Shown piece by piece: positions 1-10,812 of a DNA stretch of 64,000 nt. The notes beneath the pieces are model-generated. The model was not told where the DNA came from, did no database searches, and was given only the letters and a program-made list of their open reading frames with translations. Each line of letters opens with the position of its first letter. The stretch's first letter is position 1. Made by a program: the position numbers and the translations under genes. Source of the DNA: Candidatus Cloacimonadales bacterium (GTDB taxonomy: Bacteria; Cloacimonadota; Cloacimonadia; Cloacimonadales; JAIOQZ01); contig OY762463.1 in the NCBI GenBank assembly GCA_963665815.1, positions 3,744,001-3,808,000 on the forward strand. Direction: 5' to 3'.

Positions 1-1179
1 CCTGCAACTGACAGTGTTCTTATTACTGCTTATGGTGGTGGTGAAAGTGCATCCAAAGCTATGGCATACGGGGCTTACGAATATATAACTAAACCTGTAG
101 CTCTTGAAGAACTGGAAATGATTGTAAAACATATTTTTGAGCGTCAGGAGCTTATTGCAAAGAACAAAAAGCTCAGTAAACAGATTCAGGATCAGACCGG
201 TTTCCCGAAGATTATCGGGAAAAGCAAAGCTATTTCCGATATTATGGATGTTGTGAAGATGGTTGCCAGGACTAATTCTACTGTTCTTATTACAGGGGAA
301 AGTGGTACCGGTAAAGAGCTCATTGCAGAAGCAATTCATGGTCTCAGTAGTAGAAATGAGAATAACTTTGTTAAAATAAACTGTGCAGCACTCCCGGAAA
401 ACCTGATAGAAAGTGAACTTTTTGGTTTTGAGAAAGGAGCTTTTACCGGAGCTATTAAGAGAACTCGTGGTAAGTTTGAGATGGCTGACAAGGGATCAAT
501 CCTTCTTGATGAGATCAGTGAAATGAATCTTGATCTACAGGCAAAACTTCTCAGGGTTATTCAGGAAAAGGAAATTGTAAGGATAGGGAGCGAAACTCCT
601 CAGAAAATAGATGTAAGAATTGTTGCAACTTCAAACAGAGAGCTTTCAAGGTACGTAGAAGAAGGAAAATTCAGAGAAGACTTGTTCTTCAGGTTGAATA
701 TTATTCCGGTTCATTTACCTCCGCTAAGAAAGCGTAAAGATGATATTCCTCTTATTGCTGAAAGCTTCGTTAAAAAAATCTGTTTCAATCTGGGAACTCC
801 AAAGAAAGTAATCTCAGACTCTGCTATGCAGCTGCTTGTAGAGTATGATTGGCCTGGAAATATAAGAGAACTGCAGAATGCTGTAGAACGAGCTGTGATA
901 ACAAATCCTCAGGATGTTTTGACAACAGAATCTTTTCAGTTTCTTGGATATTTATTCAAGAACAGAACTGTGGATTCCGGATCAGAAAAAGAAGAGATTA
1001 TTCAAAAACCTGTTAGAACAGAAAGCAGTGTAATGACTATTGCTGAAATGGAAAAACAGATGATTTTTGATACTCTCGAAAAAACAGGAAACAACAGGAC
1101 TGAAGCTGCAAAAATTCTCGGTATTACTACACGGACACTCAGAAATAAACTGCATCAATACGAGAGTGAGGAAGAGTAG
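1..1179 (+). CDS. Sigma54-dependent NtrC-family response regulator (5' partial)
   Basis: Frame open from base 1 (PATDSVLITAYG, receiver domain). GESGTGKE Walker A, GAFTGA loop, WPGNIRELQN and a C-terminal Fis-type HTH. Confidence 0.93.
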   Translation, partial: PATDSVLITAYGGGESASKAMAYGAYEYITKPVALEELEMIVKHIFERQELIAKNKKLSKQIQDQTGFPKIIGKSKAISDIMDVVKMVARTNSTVLITGESGTGKELIAEAIHGLSSRNENNFVKINCAALPENLIESELFGFEKGAFTGAIKRTRGKFEMADKGSILLDEISEMNLDLQAKLLRVIQEKEIVRIGSETPQKIDVRIVATSNRELSRYVEEGKFREDLFFRLNIIPVHLPPLRKRKDDIPLIAESFVKKICFNLGTPKKVISDSAMQLLVEYDWPGNIRELQNAVERAVITNPQDVLTTESFQFLGYLFKNRTVDSGSEKEEIIQKPVRTESSVMTIAEMEKQMIFDTLEKTGNNRTEAAKILGITTRTLRNKLHQYESEEE

Positions 1180-1186
1180 AGTTTGA

Positions 1187-2125
1187 ATGACAGATATTGA
1201 ATTAACTGATTTATCAGATTTAGCCAATAGTAATAGTGTGTTTACCGATACAGAATGGTTGAAATCAATTCGGGAGAATTTCGGTTATAATATATGTGTA
1301 CTCAGTATAAATGAAAAAGACAAAAGCTTTATAATACCCCTTTTCAGTAGAAAGAAATTCTCACTTAAACAGATAATTATGCCATTGTATCTTCCGTATA
1401 CAGCCTATGTATCCCCCGACTCAAGTTTATCAAAAGATGGAATCGACAGGTTGTGCTTGTTTCTAAAAAAAAGGTTCTTCTCCGGTAAATTTGCTTTTAT
1501 TGTATCACAATCTGATAAAGAATGGGGAACATCTAAGTATACGATAGAAAGGAATACATTTTTACTTGATCTTGAGAGCAATACTTTTGACAACTACAGT
1601 AAATCCAAACGTAAAAAATGCAGAAAGCTCATCAGGGAATATGATATACAGACAGTGAAAGAGAAAAATCTGGAATTGTTCTATAAGCTTGAAGATAAAA
1701 CTTTTGGACGAAAGAACAGCAGTCCTTTGGGTAATAGAGAACAGGAACGCGGATTTATTGAGGATCAGTTGGAGAATGGTAATATGACTCAATGGGTCTT
1801 CTACGATGGCTCGAATGTAACGGGCACAAAGATTGTGATTAATGATTACAAACAGGAAACAGTATATGCGTGGAAAGGCTATACAGATCCTGAGTATCTG
1901 GAAAAGGGTTTTTCTATACTTCTGACTCATCTTATGATTGAAGAATCAAAAAAGGCTTTCAGGTTCTACAATTTTCATGGGGCTAATATTGAGAGTTTTG
2001 CATCATTTAAAAAAGGATTTGGAGGTGTACTCAAATCTTATTATGAGTTTAATTGGACAAAATTACCAGAACTTGTAGCCTTTGTACAGAGGATCAAAAA
2101 TGATAGCAATATTTTTAGATTATAA
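1187..2125 (+). CDS. GNAT/FemAB-like acetyltransferase-fold protein
   Basis: C-terminal FYNFHGANIESFASFKKGFGG resembles FemAB/GNAT_6 proteins of polysaccharide loci. Confidence 0.65.
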   Translation: MTDIELTDLSDLANSNSVFTDTEWLKSIRENFGYNICVLSINEKDKSFIIPLFSRKKFSLKQIIMPLYLPYTAYVSPDSSLSKDGIDRLCLFLKKRFFSGKFAFIVSQSDKEWGTSKYTIERNTFLLDLESNTFDNYSKSKRKKCRKLIREYDIQTVKEKNLELFYKLEDKTFGRKNSSPLGNREQERGFIEDQLENGNMTQWVFYDGSNVTGTKIVINDYKQETVYAWKGYTDPEYLEKGFSILLTHLMIEESKKAFRFYNFHGANIESFASFKKGFGGVLKSYYEFNWTKLPELVAFVQRIKNDSNIFRL

Positions 2126-3830
2126 ACTGGAGCGTTTCAGCAATAAGATTAAGTATGTCTGTGATTTTGTATTCAGTACTCTTGGTTATAATTACAGATT
2201 CATACGCAAGATGAGTGAACTTGATGACGGTGATATACTTTTTCTATACAGTTTAATAGAACCTACACAGGAAGAAATTCAATATGTCTCACGAGATAGA
2301 ATAACTTTCTATTCTCCATTTTATGAGTACCTGTATCAATCACAGTTGATTCCTGCAAGAAAGTTCTCAGATTACATTAAAGAAGTAAAATTCAATAAAA
2401 ACATACCAATTATATCTGAAAAGGATATAAAAAATCCTATTTCATTCAGAAAAGATGAGAGGACTTATCTCGGGTATTTTCATTTTGATATATTAGGAAA
2501 CATCTTTTATCACATGCTTGATCATAAGGATTATTATAAAGACAGAAATAATGTTCAGCATTTTAAAGATACAGATAACCCATTCCATAATTATACAGGA
2601 ATTCCATACATTAACGAGCTGTTAAATGTAATTGATCTTTTCTTCTCGGAATCAGCAGAAAATTCAGGAAAGTATCTTGTGAAGAAATCATATTGGCCTA
2701 ATGCAGAGAAATATGCTGTTTCAGTATCTCATAATGTCCTCCGATTACAGAAGTGGTCGTATCTTCAGTTATTCAATTCGTTTTTTACAGATTTCTTTCT
2801 GTTTTTTACATTTAAATGGAAAATACTGGCAAAGAACTTTGTAGAGAAGATTAAGTATATTGTAACTAATTTTGAGCCATACTGGAATTTTGATTTTATT
2901 CTGAAACTTGAAGAAACATACAAAATAAAAAGTACATTTTTCTTCTGTACTGAAACAAAAGCAAGGGAAGATGCTGATTATAGTCTGGATGATCCGGATA
3001 TCCTGAAAACAGCAGATATTCTGAAGAAGAGTAATAAGGAGATTTCACTTCTTGGATCTTATCTTTCTTACAAGAATGATATTCTCGACAACCAGAAGTA
3101 TAAGCTAATGGAATCATTCAATCTTATGGAGACTGGAGTGAGGCAGAACAACTACAGGTTTTCCGCAGACCATACTCCGGAGTTTCATCAGAAACTGAAA
3201 GTTGTATATGATTCATCAATATCTAATCGGGAAACAAGTGGTTTTTCAAATGGTATAGCATTCCCATATAAACATTTTTCACCGAGTTCAAGACTCAGTA
3301 AACATTATAATTATCTGGAAATGCCGGTAATGTTTAATGATGAGGTTCTGAAGATTTCTCCTTATAAATGTGTTTCATTTGAAAGGGCAAAGGAAATTGT
3401 GAAAAGATTGTTCAGCAATGTGGAAAAAACAAACGGTATGCTGAATCTTGCATTTAATATTTCAAATTTTACAGACATTCCATATGGTAAGAAATTATAT
3501 ACATATATAATAGAATATATTTCACAGCAAAATGCTTTTCAGTATACACTTATGGGATTGGCGAAATGGTGGAAAAAAAGGGCAGGTGTTGAGATAATTG
3601 AATATCCGGAAGAAGTGATTGTACATTTTACTGAGAGTATTTCTCAATTCTCCCTCCAGATTTTTGGAAATGTGGAGATTATAGAAGTAAGAGATGTCGA
3701 ATCAAAAGTTCGAGATAGAGTCATTACATTACTCAATCTTAAGAAAGACAGCACAGCGAGAATTATTCTTAAAAGATCACTTCAGGATGTATACAGAGAA
3801 TTGAAGGAACAGGATCAGACGGGAGAATAA
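2100..3830 (+). CDS. Polysaccharide deacetylase-family protein
   Basis: PYWNFDFILKLEE..KSTFFF, GVRQNNYRF, YDSS and GFSNGIAFPY motifs. ATG at 2100 preferred over the track start at 2082. Confidence 0.65.
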   Translation: MIAIFLDYKLERFSNKIKYVCDFVFSTLGYNYRFIRKMSELDDGDILFLYSLIEPTQEEIQYVSRDRITFYSPFYEYLYQSQLIPARKFSDYIKEVKFNKNIPIISEKDIKNPISFRKDERTYLGYFHFDILGNIFYHMLDHKDYYKDRNNVQHFKDTDNPFHNYTGIPYINELLNVIDLFFSESAENSGKYLVKKSYWPNAEKYAVSVSHNVLRLQKWSYLQLFNSFFTDFFLFFTFKWKILAKNFVEKIKYIVTNFEPYWNFDFILKLEETYKIKSTFFFCTETKAREDADYSLDDPDILKTADILKKSNKEISLLGSYLSYKNDILDNQKYKLMESFNLMETGVRQNNYRFSADHTPEFHQKLKVVYDSSISNRETSGFSNGIAFPYKHFSPSSRLSKHYNYLEMPVMFNDEVLKISPYKCVSFERAKEIVKRLFSNVEKTNGMLNLAFNISNFTDIPYGKKLYTYIIEYISQQNAFQYTLMGLAKWWKKRAGVEIIEYPEEVIVHFTESISQFSLQIFGNVEIIEVRDVESKVRDRVITLLNLKKDSTARIILKRSLQDVYRELKEQDQTGE

Positions 3831-6203
3831 GTGAAAATTGCGATCATTACAAACAGTCATATCCCGCTTGATACACGAGTTTATCATAAAATAGCTCTTT
3901 CTTTGTCCGAAAAACATCAGGTAAGAATTTTTAATACATTTCCGTCACCTCAGACAATAATGAGTAATCCATCTTTTGAGCAGATTAAGGACAAACGAAA
4001 GTGTGTTCAGCTACGTTCATTTTATTATAAAGTGAAGGATTATAACCCTGAAGTAGTTATTTGCGTTGAGCCTATAACTCTTATTGTTGGGATTAAACTA
4101 AAACGTAAACTCAATTGCAGGCTTGTTTATGATTGCCATGAATTTTTCGCAATGGCTTTTTCAGAACGTTTTAAGAATCCTATCATCAGAAATCTGGCAT
4201 ATCGGTTTTACTATACTCTGGAAAATTTTCTTCTGAGATATACAGATGCAAGCATTACAGTAAATGAGTATCTCGGGGCAAGACTGGCTGAAGCCGGGGA
4301 TAATGTACATATATGTGCAAATAATCCTGTTGCAGGAATAAAAGAACGAAAAACGGGTATCGTAAAAAAGAAATACGATTTCATATATGCAGGTGGAATA
4401 TCTTATGACAGAGGACTGAAACTCATACTTGAAGCTTGCAGGAAGCTCAAAAAACAGAACATAGATTTTAAATTTCTTTTTATGGGTAAATTTATCAATG
4501 AGGATGTGAAGAAATATTTCCATGAATTTTTAGAGGAAAACGGATTAACGAAAAATTTGCTTTATTTTGGAATCATTCCGCATGAACGGGTATTTCATTA
4601 TCTGGAGCAATCAAAATTTGGCGTAATGATGACGAATCCGGATATCAGACGGTACAGGCTGACTCTGAGCTTGAAAGTGCTTGAATATATGGAAGCAGGA
4701 ATTCCTGTTCTTGTTAATGAATATCCTATTATGAAACGCAGAATTATTAAGACCGGAACAGGAATTTCTTCGGAATATTCTGCTGATGCATTTGCAGATG
4801 TTATGCTTCGATGTATGGGAATCGCAGATAAAGAATCAGAATATAAAGTTCTTTGTGAGAAAGCTGCTGAGCTCTACAAAAAGAAATACACCTGGGAATC
4901 ACAGATTGAAGAATTGCATGAAGCTGTAAAACTGAGAGATAGAAAAAAAATGCTTCTTTTTGCTTATTTCTTCCCTCCATTGGGAGGTCCCGGAGTGCAG
5001 CGTCCATGTAAAATGGTAAAATATCTGAAAAGATCAAACATTGATACTGATGTTGTATCTGTCAGGAATATCCAGTTTCATTCATACGACGAGAACATGA
5101 CAAAAGAGTGCAGGGCAGAATCTGTTATAAGAACTTTTACCGCTGATCCAATGGGGATACTTTATATCTTGAAGAAGTTCAGTAAGCAGAAGACTGATGA
5201 AATTTACTTCAAGACCAGTGAAACTAAAAAGAAACTGATCAGGGCAATATTTCCTGTCGATGAGAAGATACTCTGGCTTCCATTTGCTCTGGTTTCTGCG
5301 TTCAAAGCTGTTCTTGCAAAAAAGTATGATTACGTAATGGCTACAATTGGTCCATATACAAGTGGAGTGGCAGCATATATTGTCAGTATAATTTCCGGGA
5401 AACCTTTAGTTATTGATTATAGAGACCACTGGACTTTAAACAGATATCTTTTCTATGCCACAAAGTTACACCAGAGAATATCTGAAAATTTCGAACAAAA
5501 AATACTCAGTAGAGCGAAAATAGTAACTACCGTTTCTGAAACAATGAAAGAAGAATTGATTGGGAAATTCGGGGAACATCTCAGAAAAAAAATGCTTGTA
5601 ATGTATAATGGATGGGATGACGAGGATTTCTCAGAACTAAAAGAGAAAGAAGAAGGTAAACTCGTTTTCAGTTATGTAGGCAATTTTTATGGTAACAGAA
5701 GTCCTGAGTTTCTGGTTAATGTATTAAAGGAACTGAAAACAGAGAACATGCTGCCGGATAATGTGCTTTTCCGGTTTGTTGGTAATTATCATATTGAATG
5801 GCAAAAAATGCTTGATTGTCCTGAGCTGGAAGGATTTGTCGATATTGTTCCTCAGGTAACTCATGAAAAGGCAGTTGATATTATGCAGAACTCTGATGTC
5901 TTACTGCTGTTTATTGCAACAGCAAGTGGAAAGAATGTACTTACAGGTAAGATATTCGAGTATTTAAGAACAGGAAATGAAATATTTGCAATGGTTCCCG
6001 AAAAAGGAGACGCTGAAATACTTTTGAAATCAGAGAATTACGATCATATATGTCCGATGGAGGATGTGCAATCAATAAGAAATCACCTTATTATGTTGTT
6101 TAAGAACAATAGCAGAGCAGTGAAAACACGTAAGGTTAATTCAGAATATTCCAGAGAGAATCAGGTTAAAAAATTGGTAGAGCATTTAAGAGACGGTGGA
6201 TGA
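3831..6203 (+). CDS. Two-domain (fused) GT4 glycosyltransferase
   Basis: First GT-B unit (DTRVYHK, VYDCHE, KVLEYMEAGIPV) and second unit (YFFPPLGGPGVQR, DYRDHW, GKIFEYL) in one ORF. GTG start. Confidence 0.85.
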   Translation: MKIAIITNSHIPLDTRVYHKIALSLSEKHQVRIFNTFPSPQTIMSNPSFEQIKDKRKCVQLRSFYYKVKDYNPEVVICVEPITLIVGIKLKRKLNCRLVYDCHEFFAMAFSERFKNPIIRNLAYRFYYTLENFLLRYTDASITVNEYLGARLAEAGDNVHICANNPVAGIKERKTGIVKKKYDFIYAGGISYDRGLKLILEACRKLKKQNIDFKFLFMGKFINEDVKKYFHEFLEENGLTKNLLYFGIIPHERVFHYLEQSKFGVMMTNPDIRRYRLTLSLKVLEYMEAGIPVLVNEYPIMKRRIIKTGTGISSEYSADAFADVMLRCMGIADKESEYKVLCEKAAELYKKKYTWESQIEELHEAVKLRDRKKMLLFAYFFPPLGGPGVQRPCKMVKYLKRSNIDTDVVSVRNIQFHSYDENMTKECRAESVIRTFTADPMGILYILKKFSKQKTDEIYFKTSETKKKLIRAIFPVDEKILWLPFALVSAFKAVLAKKYDYVMATIGPYTSGVAAYIVSIISGKPLVIDYRDHWTLNRYLFYATKLHQRISENFEQKILSRAKIVTTVSETMKEELIGKFGEHLRKKMLVMYNGWDDEDFSELKEKEEGKLVFSYVGNFYGNRSPEFLVNVLKELKTENMLPDNVLFRFVGNYHIEWQKMLDCPELEGFVDIVPQVTHEKAVDIMQNSDVLLLFIATASGKNVLTGKIFEYLRTGNEIFAMVPEKGDAEILLKSENYDHICPMEDVQSIRNHLIMLFKNNSRAVKTRKVNSEYSRENQVKKLVEHLRDGG

Positions 6204-7306
6204 AAAAGAAGGTACTTCATATACAATTACTCCCAATTCTTTCCGGAGTACAGAAAATAAGTCTACAGATTTTTGAAAATCTCAGAGATGATTTCGAGAT
6301 GTGGCTGCTGTGTGCGCCCCAACCTGATGGAAGAAGCGATTCGTTGATTACCGAAGCAAAGAAACTGGGAGTAAATGTGCATGTTGAAGGGCTTCTTAAA
6401 AGGAATCTTAATCTGGGTGATTTCAGAGTGTTTTACAGAATTTACCGATTTATAAAAGAAAATAACTTTGATATTGTTCATACTCATTCATCAAAGACAG
6501 GATTTTTAGGCAGAATTGCTGCAAAACTTGCAGGTGTACCAGAAGTAATTCATACGATTCATGGTTATCCTTTTCATCCTTATCAGTCTCCAGAGACAAG
6601 AATGTTTTACAAGATGTTGGAGAAGATAGCAGCAGGATTTGCCGATATGAATGTGTTTGTGAATAAGTATGAACGTCAATTGGCTTTGACTGAACATCTT
6701 GTAGGTGAAAGAAATTCTAAAACAATATTCAATGGAATAGATGTCCCAGGTGAGAAAGCTGCTGGCAGCAAAGGGGAAAAGATCATTGTTGTAAGTGTCT
6801 GCAGGTTTTCTGCACAGAAAAACATAAGATCAACAATTAGAACTGCAGTGAGAGTATGCCGGAAATCAGAAGATCTGGATTTTTATTTTATAGGTAATGG
6901 TGAATTTTTCGAATCATGTAGAAGAGTGGTTTCAGAGGCAGGCTTAACAGACAGAATCCATCTTCCGGGATGGTCAAAGAATGTCAGTGAGTATTACAGA
7001 AAAGCAGATGTATTTCTGCTTAATTCAAAATGGGAAGGATTACCTGTTTCAATATTGGAAGCTATGTCTTACGGATTGCCTGTTATTGCATCGAATATCA
7101 AGGGTAATAATGAGCTTGTAACAAGCGAAAACGGGTATCTTGTGGATGTCATGAATCCGAGAGAGTTGGAACATATATTGCTTCAAATTCCCGGGAAGAA
7201 AAAAACACTGCATTTTCTTGGTGACAAATCATTGGAAAGAATTAGAAATGACTTCAATCTGAATGATTTTGTTACAGCTTATAAGGAGCTTTATATTAAT
7301 GGATAA
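6200..7306 (+). CDS. GT4 glycosyltransferase
   Basis: HTHSSKTG, HTIHG and EGLPVSILEAMSYGLPVIAS motifs. Confidence 0.92.
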   Translation: MKKKVLHIQLLPILSGVQKISLQIFENLRDDFEMWLLCAPQPDGRSDSLITEAKKLGVNVHVEGLLKRNLNLGDFRVFYRIYRFIKENNFDIVHTHSSKTGFLGRIAAKLAGVPEVIHTIHGYPFHPYQSPETRMFYKMLEKIAAGFADMNVFVNKYERQLALTEHLVGERNSKTIFNGIDVPGEKAAGSKGEKIIVVSVCRFSAQKNIRSTIRTAVRVCRKSEDLDFYFIGNGEFFESCRRVVSEAGLTDRIHLPGWSKNVSEYYRKADVFLLNSKWEGLPVSILEAMSYGLPVIASNIKGNNELVTSENGYLVDVMNPRELEHILLQIPGKKKTLHFLGDKSLERIRNDFNLNDFVTAYKELYING

Positions 7307-8390
7307 ATTTCTTGTTGACTTGATTTACTCTTTTGTATGGGGATTTCTCAGTACATATTTGTTTATATCCTTTTATATTAAGTTTGCTGGTAAACTTGGA
7401 ATGGTTGCAATTCCTAATGAACGCACAATTCATTTGAAACCAATCCCAACATCAGGTGGAATATGTTTTGGAATGAGTTTTTTATTAGGATTATTCTTTT
7501 TAACACTAAGATACAAAAATATTTATAATGGTTTTGTTGTACCTATAATTATTGGTGGTACATTTACTTTATTAATTGGGGTGATAGATGATAGATTTGA
7601 TCTGAAAGCAACAATTAAGCTTTGTTTGCAGATTATTGTTGTAAGTTTTGTTTATTGGAAAGGAATAAGAATTGATCAACTGACAAATCCTTTTGGACCT
7701 GAATTCCAACTGCATTATTTCGCTTATCCTGTTACATTGATCTGGTATCTGTTTCTGATGAATGCAGTGAATCTTGTTGATGGAATGGATGGACTGGCAT
7801 CCGGGATTGTTTCAATAGCATCATTTGTATTACTGATTGTCGGATTAATGTATGACAACTTTCTAATGGTTGTCTTAACGTCATTGCTTTTATCATCGAA
7901 TCTGGCATTTCTGATATTTAATTTTAATCCTGCAAAAATCTTTATGGGAGATTCCGGTGCATTATTTCTTGGTTTTGTTATGGCGTCGTTGTCTATTGCA
8001 GGAAATGGTCAGTTCAAGGGTATTACGGCAATGACTCTGCTTATCCCCCTGCTGACACTATTTGTGCCTATATTTGATACTCTTAGTTCAGTGATCAGGC
8101 GAGTAATGAATAATAAGCACATTTTCAAAGCAGATGATGATCATTTGCATCATAGACTGCTTCAGCTTGGTTTCAGTCAGAAAACTGTTGTACTGATCGT
8201 TTATTTCATTACATTTCTGTTTGGACTGATTGCTCTTGGATTTTCCTTTACAACAAAGAAAATAGTAATGATTCTATTCCTTTTTATGGCTATAGCATTG
8301 ACCGTGATGCTATATTATATTTTAAGACAAATAAAAAAAGTTCTGATTATTAATGATAAAAATGGTGAAAAATCAAACAATGGAGAATAA
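7299..8390 (+). CDS. wecA: Undecaprenyl-phosphate alpha-GlcNAc-1-phosphate transferase (WecA/TagO, MraY family)
   Basis: Multi-TM protein with GVIDD, NAVNLVDGMDGL, FNFNPAKIFMGDSG and HLHHRL motifs. ATG at 7299 is the likely start. Confidence 0.88.
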   Translation: MDKFLVDLIYSFVWGFLSTYLFISFYIKFAGKLGMVAIPNERTIHLKPIPTSGGICFGMSFLLGLFFLTLRYKNIYNGFVVPIIIGGTFTLLIGVIDDRFDLKATIKLCLQIIVVSFVYWKGIRIDQLTNPFGPEFQLHYFAYPVTLIWYLFLMNAVNLVDGMDGLASGIVSIASFVLLIVGLMYDNFLMVVLTSLLLSSNLAFLIFNFNPAKIFMGDSGALFLGFVMASLSIAGNGQFKGITAMTLLIPLLTLFVPIFDTLSSVIRRVMNNKHIFKADDDHLHHRLLQLGFSQKTVVLIVYFITFLFGLIALGFSFTTKKIVMILFLFMAIALTVMLYYILRQIKKVLIINDKNGEKSNNGE

Positions 8391-10811
8391 ATGAAAGTCA
8401 AAACAGCAGTATTGATAATATTAAGCATTATTTCTTCTCTAACAGCTGTGAGAAGTTGGAATTTATATACAAACACAACTCATATATATGATTTTGAGAA
8501 AATTGGTGATGAAATATATATTGCAACATGGGGTGGTGTTGAAGTTTATAATCTTAAGACAGGAGAACTTACAAACAAATTTGTAAGAGAATCCGGTTTT
8601 GAATCTATGAAAATACATACAATCGAATATTCTGAAACAACCGGAGATATTCTTTTTGGCTCTGACGAAGATGGAGTATTCAGATATAATGACGGGAAAT
8701 TCCTTATCAGTTTAAAGAACGAGAATGGACTCCCTGATAATAACGTAAATGATATGATTATGACAGAAGACCTTATATATGTAGCAACAGACTTAGGGCT
8801 TGCAGTATATGAGAACAAATCAGAATATCCTTTTCCTCTCGTTGAAAACATATTTAACAGTTCAAACGGTATGACTGAAGATATTGTTGAATCAATTGTA
8901 TTGACTGAAGATAACTATCTATTATGCATAAGATCAAGCAGCATAGATTATGTTCATGCTGATTCAATGCTGATTAAAAACAGTTGGCATACTTTAAGAT
9001 CTGAAGATCTTGGTGAGGATGTTACAGATTTGATCTGCTGTAGCGAAAATAATAATCTTGTTGCGTTAAGTGTTAACAATGGACTTCTTATCTGGCCGGA
9101 TTTCCCTGTTGGAATGCCTTATGCCTCAACCGTACCGGATATTGAAAATGGAGCTTATCCCTTATATATTGATGAGGAAAACAACATCTGGACCAGTCTG
9201 GCATATTGGGACATAAATGAAGAAGTCTTTCTGAATGCGGGAACAACTGAGCTTGTTAAAATCAAAAATGACGGTACATATGAAATAACAGATATCCAGA
9301 ACGTAACAGATAAAGCAATAAGTAAGATCACATTAATGGATGACAGATTATATCTTGGTTCCTGGGGGGACGGGATAATTTTTGAAGATACCGATAATGA
9401 ATGGGTGTCAATTAAAACGGAAACAATCTGTACAAATCCTGTAACTGAAATTGAAGCAGATGATAATGGTAGAATATGGGTTTGCAACGGGTTTATTGGG
9501 GTTGATGAAACAAAAAGTGGTGCAAAAGGTGTTTCTGTATTTGATTACTCAACCGATTCCTGGGAAACCTACTCTTATAATAACTCGGATTTAGTCGGCA
9601 ATAACATATTTACATTATGTGCTGCTGATAATCAAATCTGGATGGGAGCGTTTGGATATTACCTCGATGTCGGCTGGTTAAATGGAGTTACTGTTATTCA
9701 GGACGTCTATACTGAGGATGAAGCTTGGTTTAATTTGACTCGCAGCAATGGACTTGCAGGGAATACAATTGGTCATATTTCGGTTAAGAGTGAGGATGAA
9801 ATATGGGTAAGCAGCTACGGAAGTGGTGTGGTTTCGTATAATATATCTTCTGGAGAGACAACAGTTTATTCTGTTCCCGGAAGAAATCAGACTGTTGAAA
9901 TAATGATTCTTGGTGAAGATACAAATGATACGAATGATGATCAGATCTGGTTTGGATCCAAACATGACGGCTTGAAAGTATTGAATGGTTATGGAGTTCC
10001 GGAAAGTTCCACAGATTATCATTGGGAACTGGTTGATGCTCCTGAGCTGAGAGCCAGTTGTGAAATAAACGGATTTGCTCATTACAACAGAGATGGGAAA
10101 GATGACTACTGGATTACATCCAATAAAGGCGTTTTTTTCTACGATAATGTAGATAAAGAATGGCATAAACTTGGTGTTATCTATAAAAGAGAAACCCTGA
10201 TAAATGGAAGATGGCAGATAAAAAGTGATTATGACAAATACTATGTTGACGAAACAAAACTCTATGGTGCTGAGAATGCAACACCTACGTGTATAGAAAT
10301 TGATGCTGATGGAGATGTCTGGATAGGTACTGCTGATTATGGAATTTCTGTCTATAACTATGAAAATGATTCCTATACTCTTTTTGATAAAGATAATACA
10401 CCTCTAATGACAAATTTTATTACAGATCTTGAGTTTGAAGGCCATTCCGGAAGAATGTATATTGGAACTACCGATGGATTGGTTTCTGTTGAAGTTGGTA
10501 AAGATAAGAGGACAGTTGATGATACATCCGATATGATTGTGTATCCAAATCCTTTCTATCCGGATAAAGGTGATGTAGTAAAGATAAGAAACAGCATAGG
10601 TAACGGTTCTATGCCTTCAGATTCGTACATGTGCAGAATTTTTGATGTTTCAGGAAAACTCGTGATTGAAATGGAACAAAATTCACACTATGATTTTGAT
10701 TGGAACGGGAAGAACCTTGCAGGAAAAGACTGCAGTTCAGGAATTTATTACTATGTAGTTTATGATAATGATGGAGATGTGCAAAAAGGTAAAATTGCTC
10801 TCATTCGCTGA
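8391..10811 (+). CDS. PorZ-like beta-propeller protein with C-terminal FlgD/T9SS-type domain
   Basis: Signal peptide, two-component-propeller-type repeats (IWVCN, VWIGT, MYIGT) and C-terminal VYPNPF...FDWNGKN...SSGIYYY. Confidence 0.7.
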   Translation: MKVKTAVLIILSIISSLTAVRSWNLYTNTTHIYDFEKIGDEIYIATWGGVEVYNLKTGELTNKFVRESGFESMKIHTIEYSETTGDILFGSDEDGVFRYNDGKFLISLKNENGLPDNNVNDMIMTEDLIYVATDLGLAVYENKSEYPFPLVENIFNSSNGMTEDIVESIVLTEDNYLLCIRSSSIDYVHADSMLIKNSWHTLRSEDLGEDVTDLICCSENNNLVALSVNNGLLIWPDFPVGMPYASTVPDIENGAYPLYIDEENNIWTSLAYWDINEEVFLNAGTTELVKIKNDGTYEITDIQNVTDKAISKITLMDDRLYLGSWGDGIIFEDTDNEWVSIKTETICTNPVTEIEADDNGRIWVCNGFIGVDETKSGAKGVSVFDYSTDSWETYSYNNSDLVGNNIFTLCAADNQIWMGAFGYYLDVGWLNGVTVIQDVYTEDEAWFNLTRSNGLAGNTIGHISVKSEDEIWVSSYGSGVVSYNISSGETTVYSVPGRNQTVEIMILGEDTNDTNDDQIWFGSKHDGLKVLNGYGVPESSTDYHWELVDAPELRASCEINGFAHYNRDGKDDYWITSNKGVFFYDNVDKEWHKLGVIYKRETLINGRWQIKSDYDKYYVDETKLYGAENATPTCIEIDADGDVWIGTADYGISVYNYENDSYTLFDKDNTPLMTNFITDLEFEGHSGRMYIGTTDGLVSVEVGKDKRTVDDTSDMIVYPNPFYPDKGDVVKIRNSIGNGSMPSDSYMCRIFDVSGKLVIEMEQNSHYDFDWNGKNLAGKDCSSGIYYYVVYDNDGDVQKGKIALIR

Positions 10812-10812
10812 T

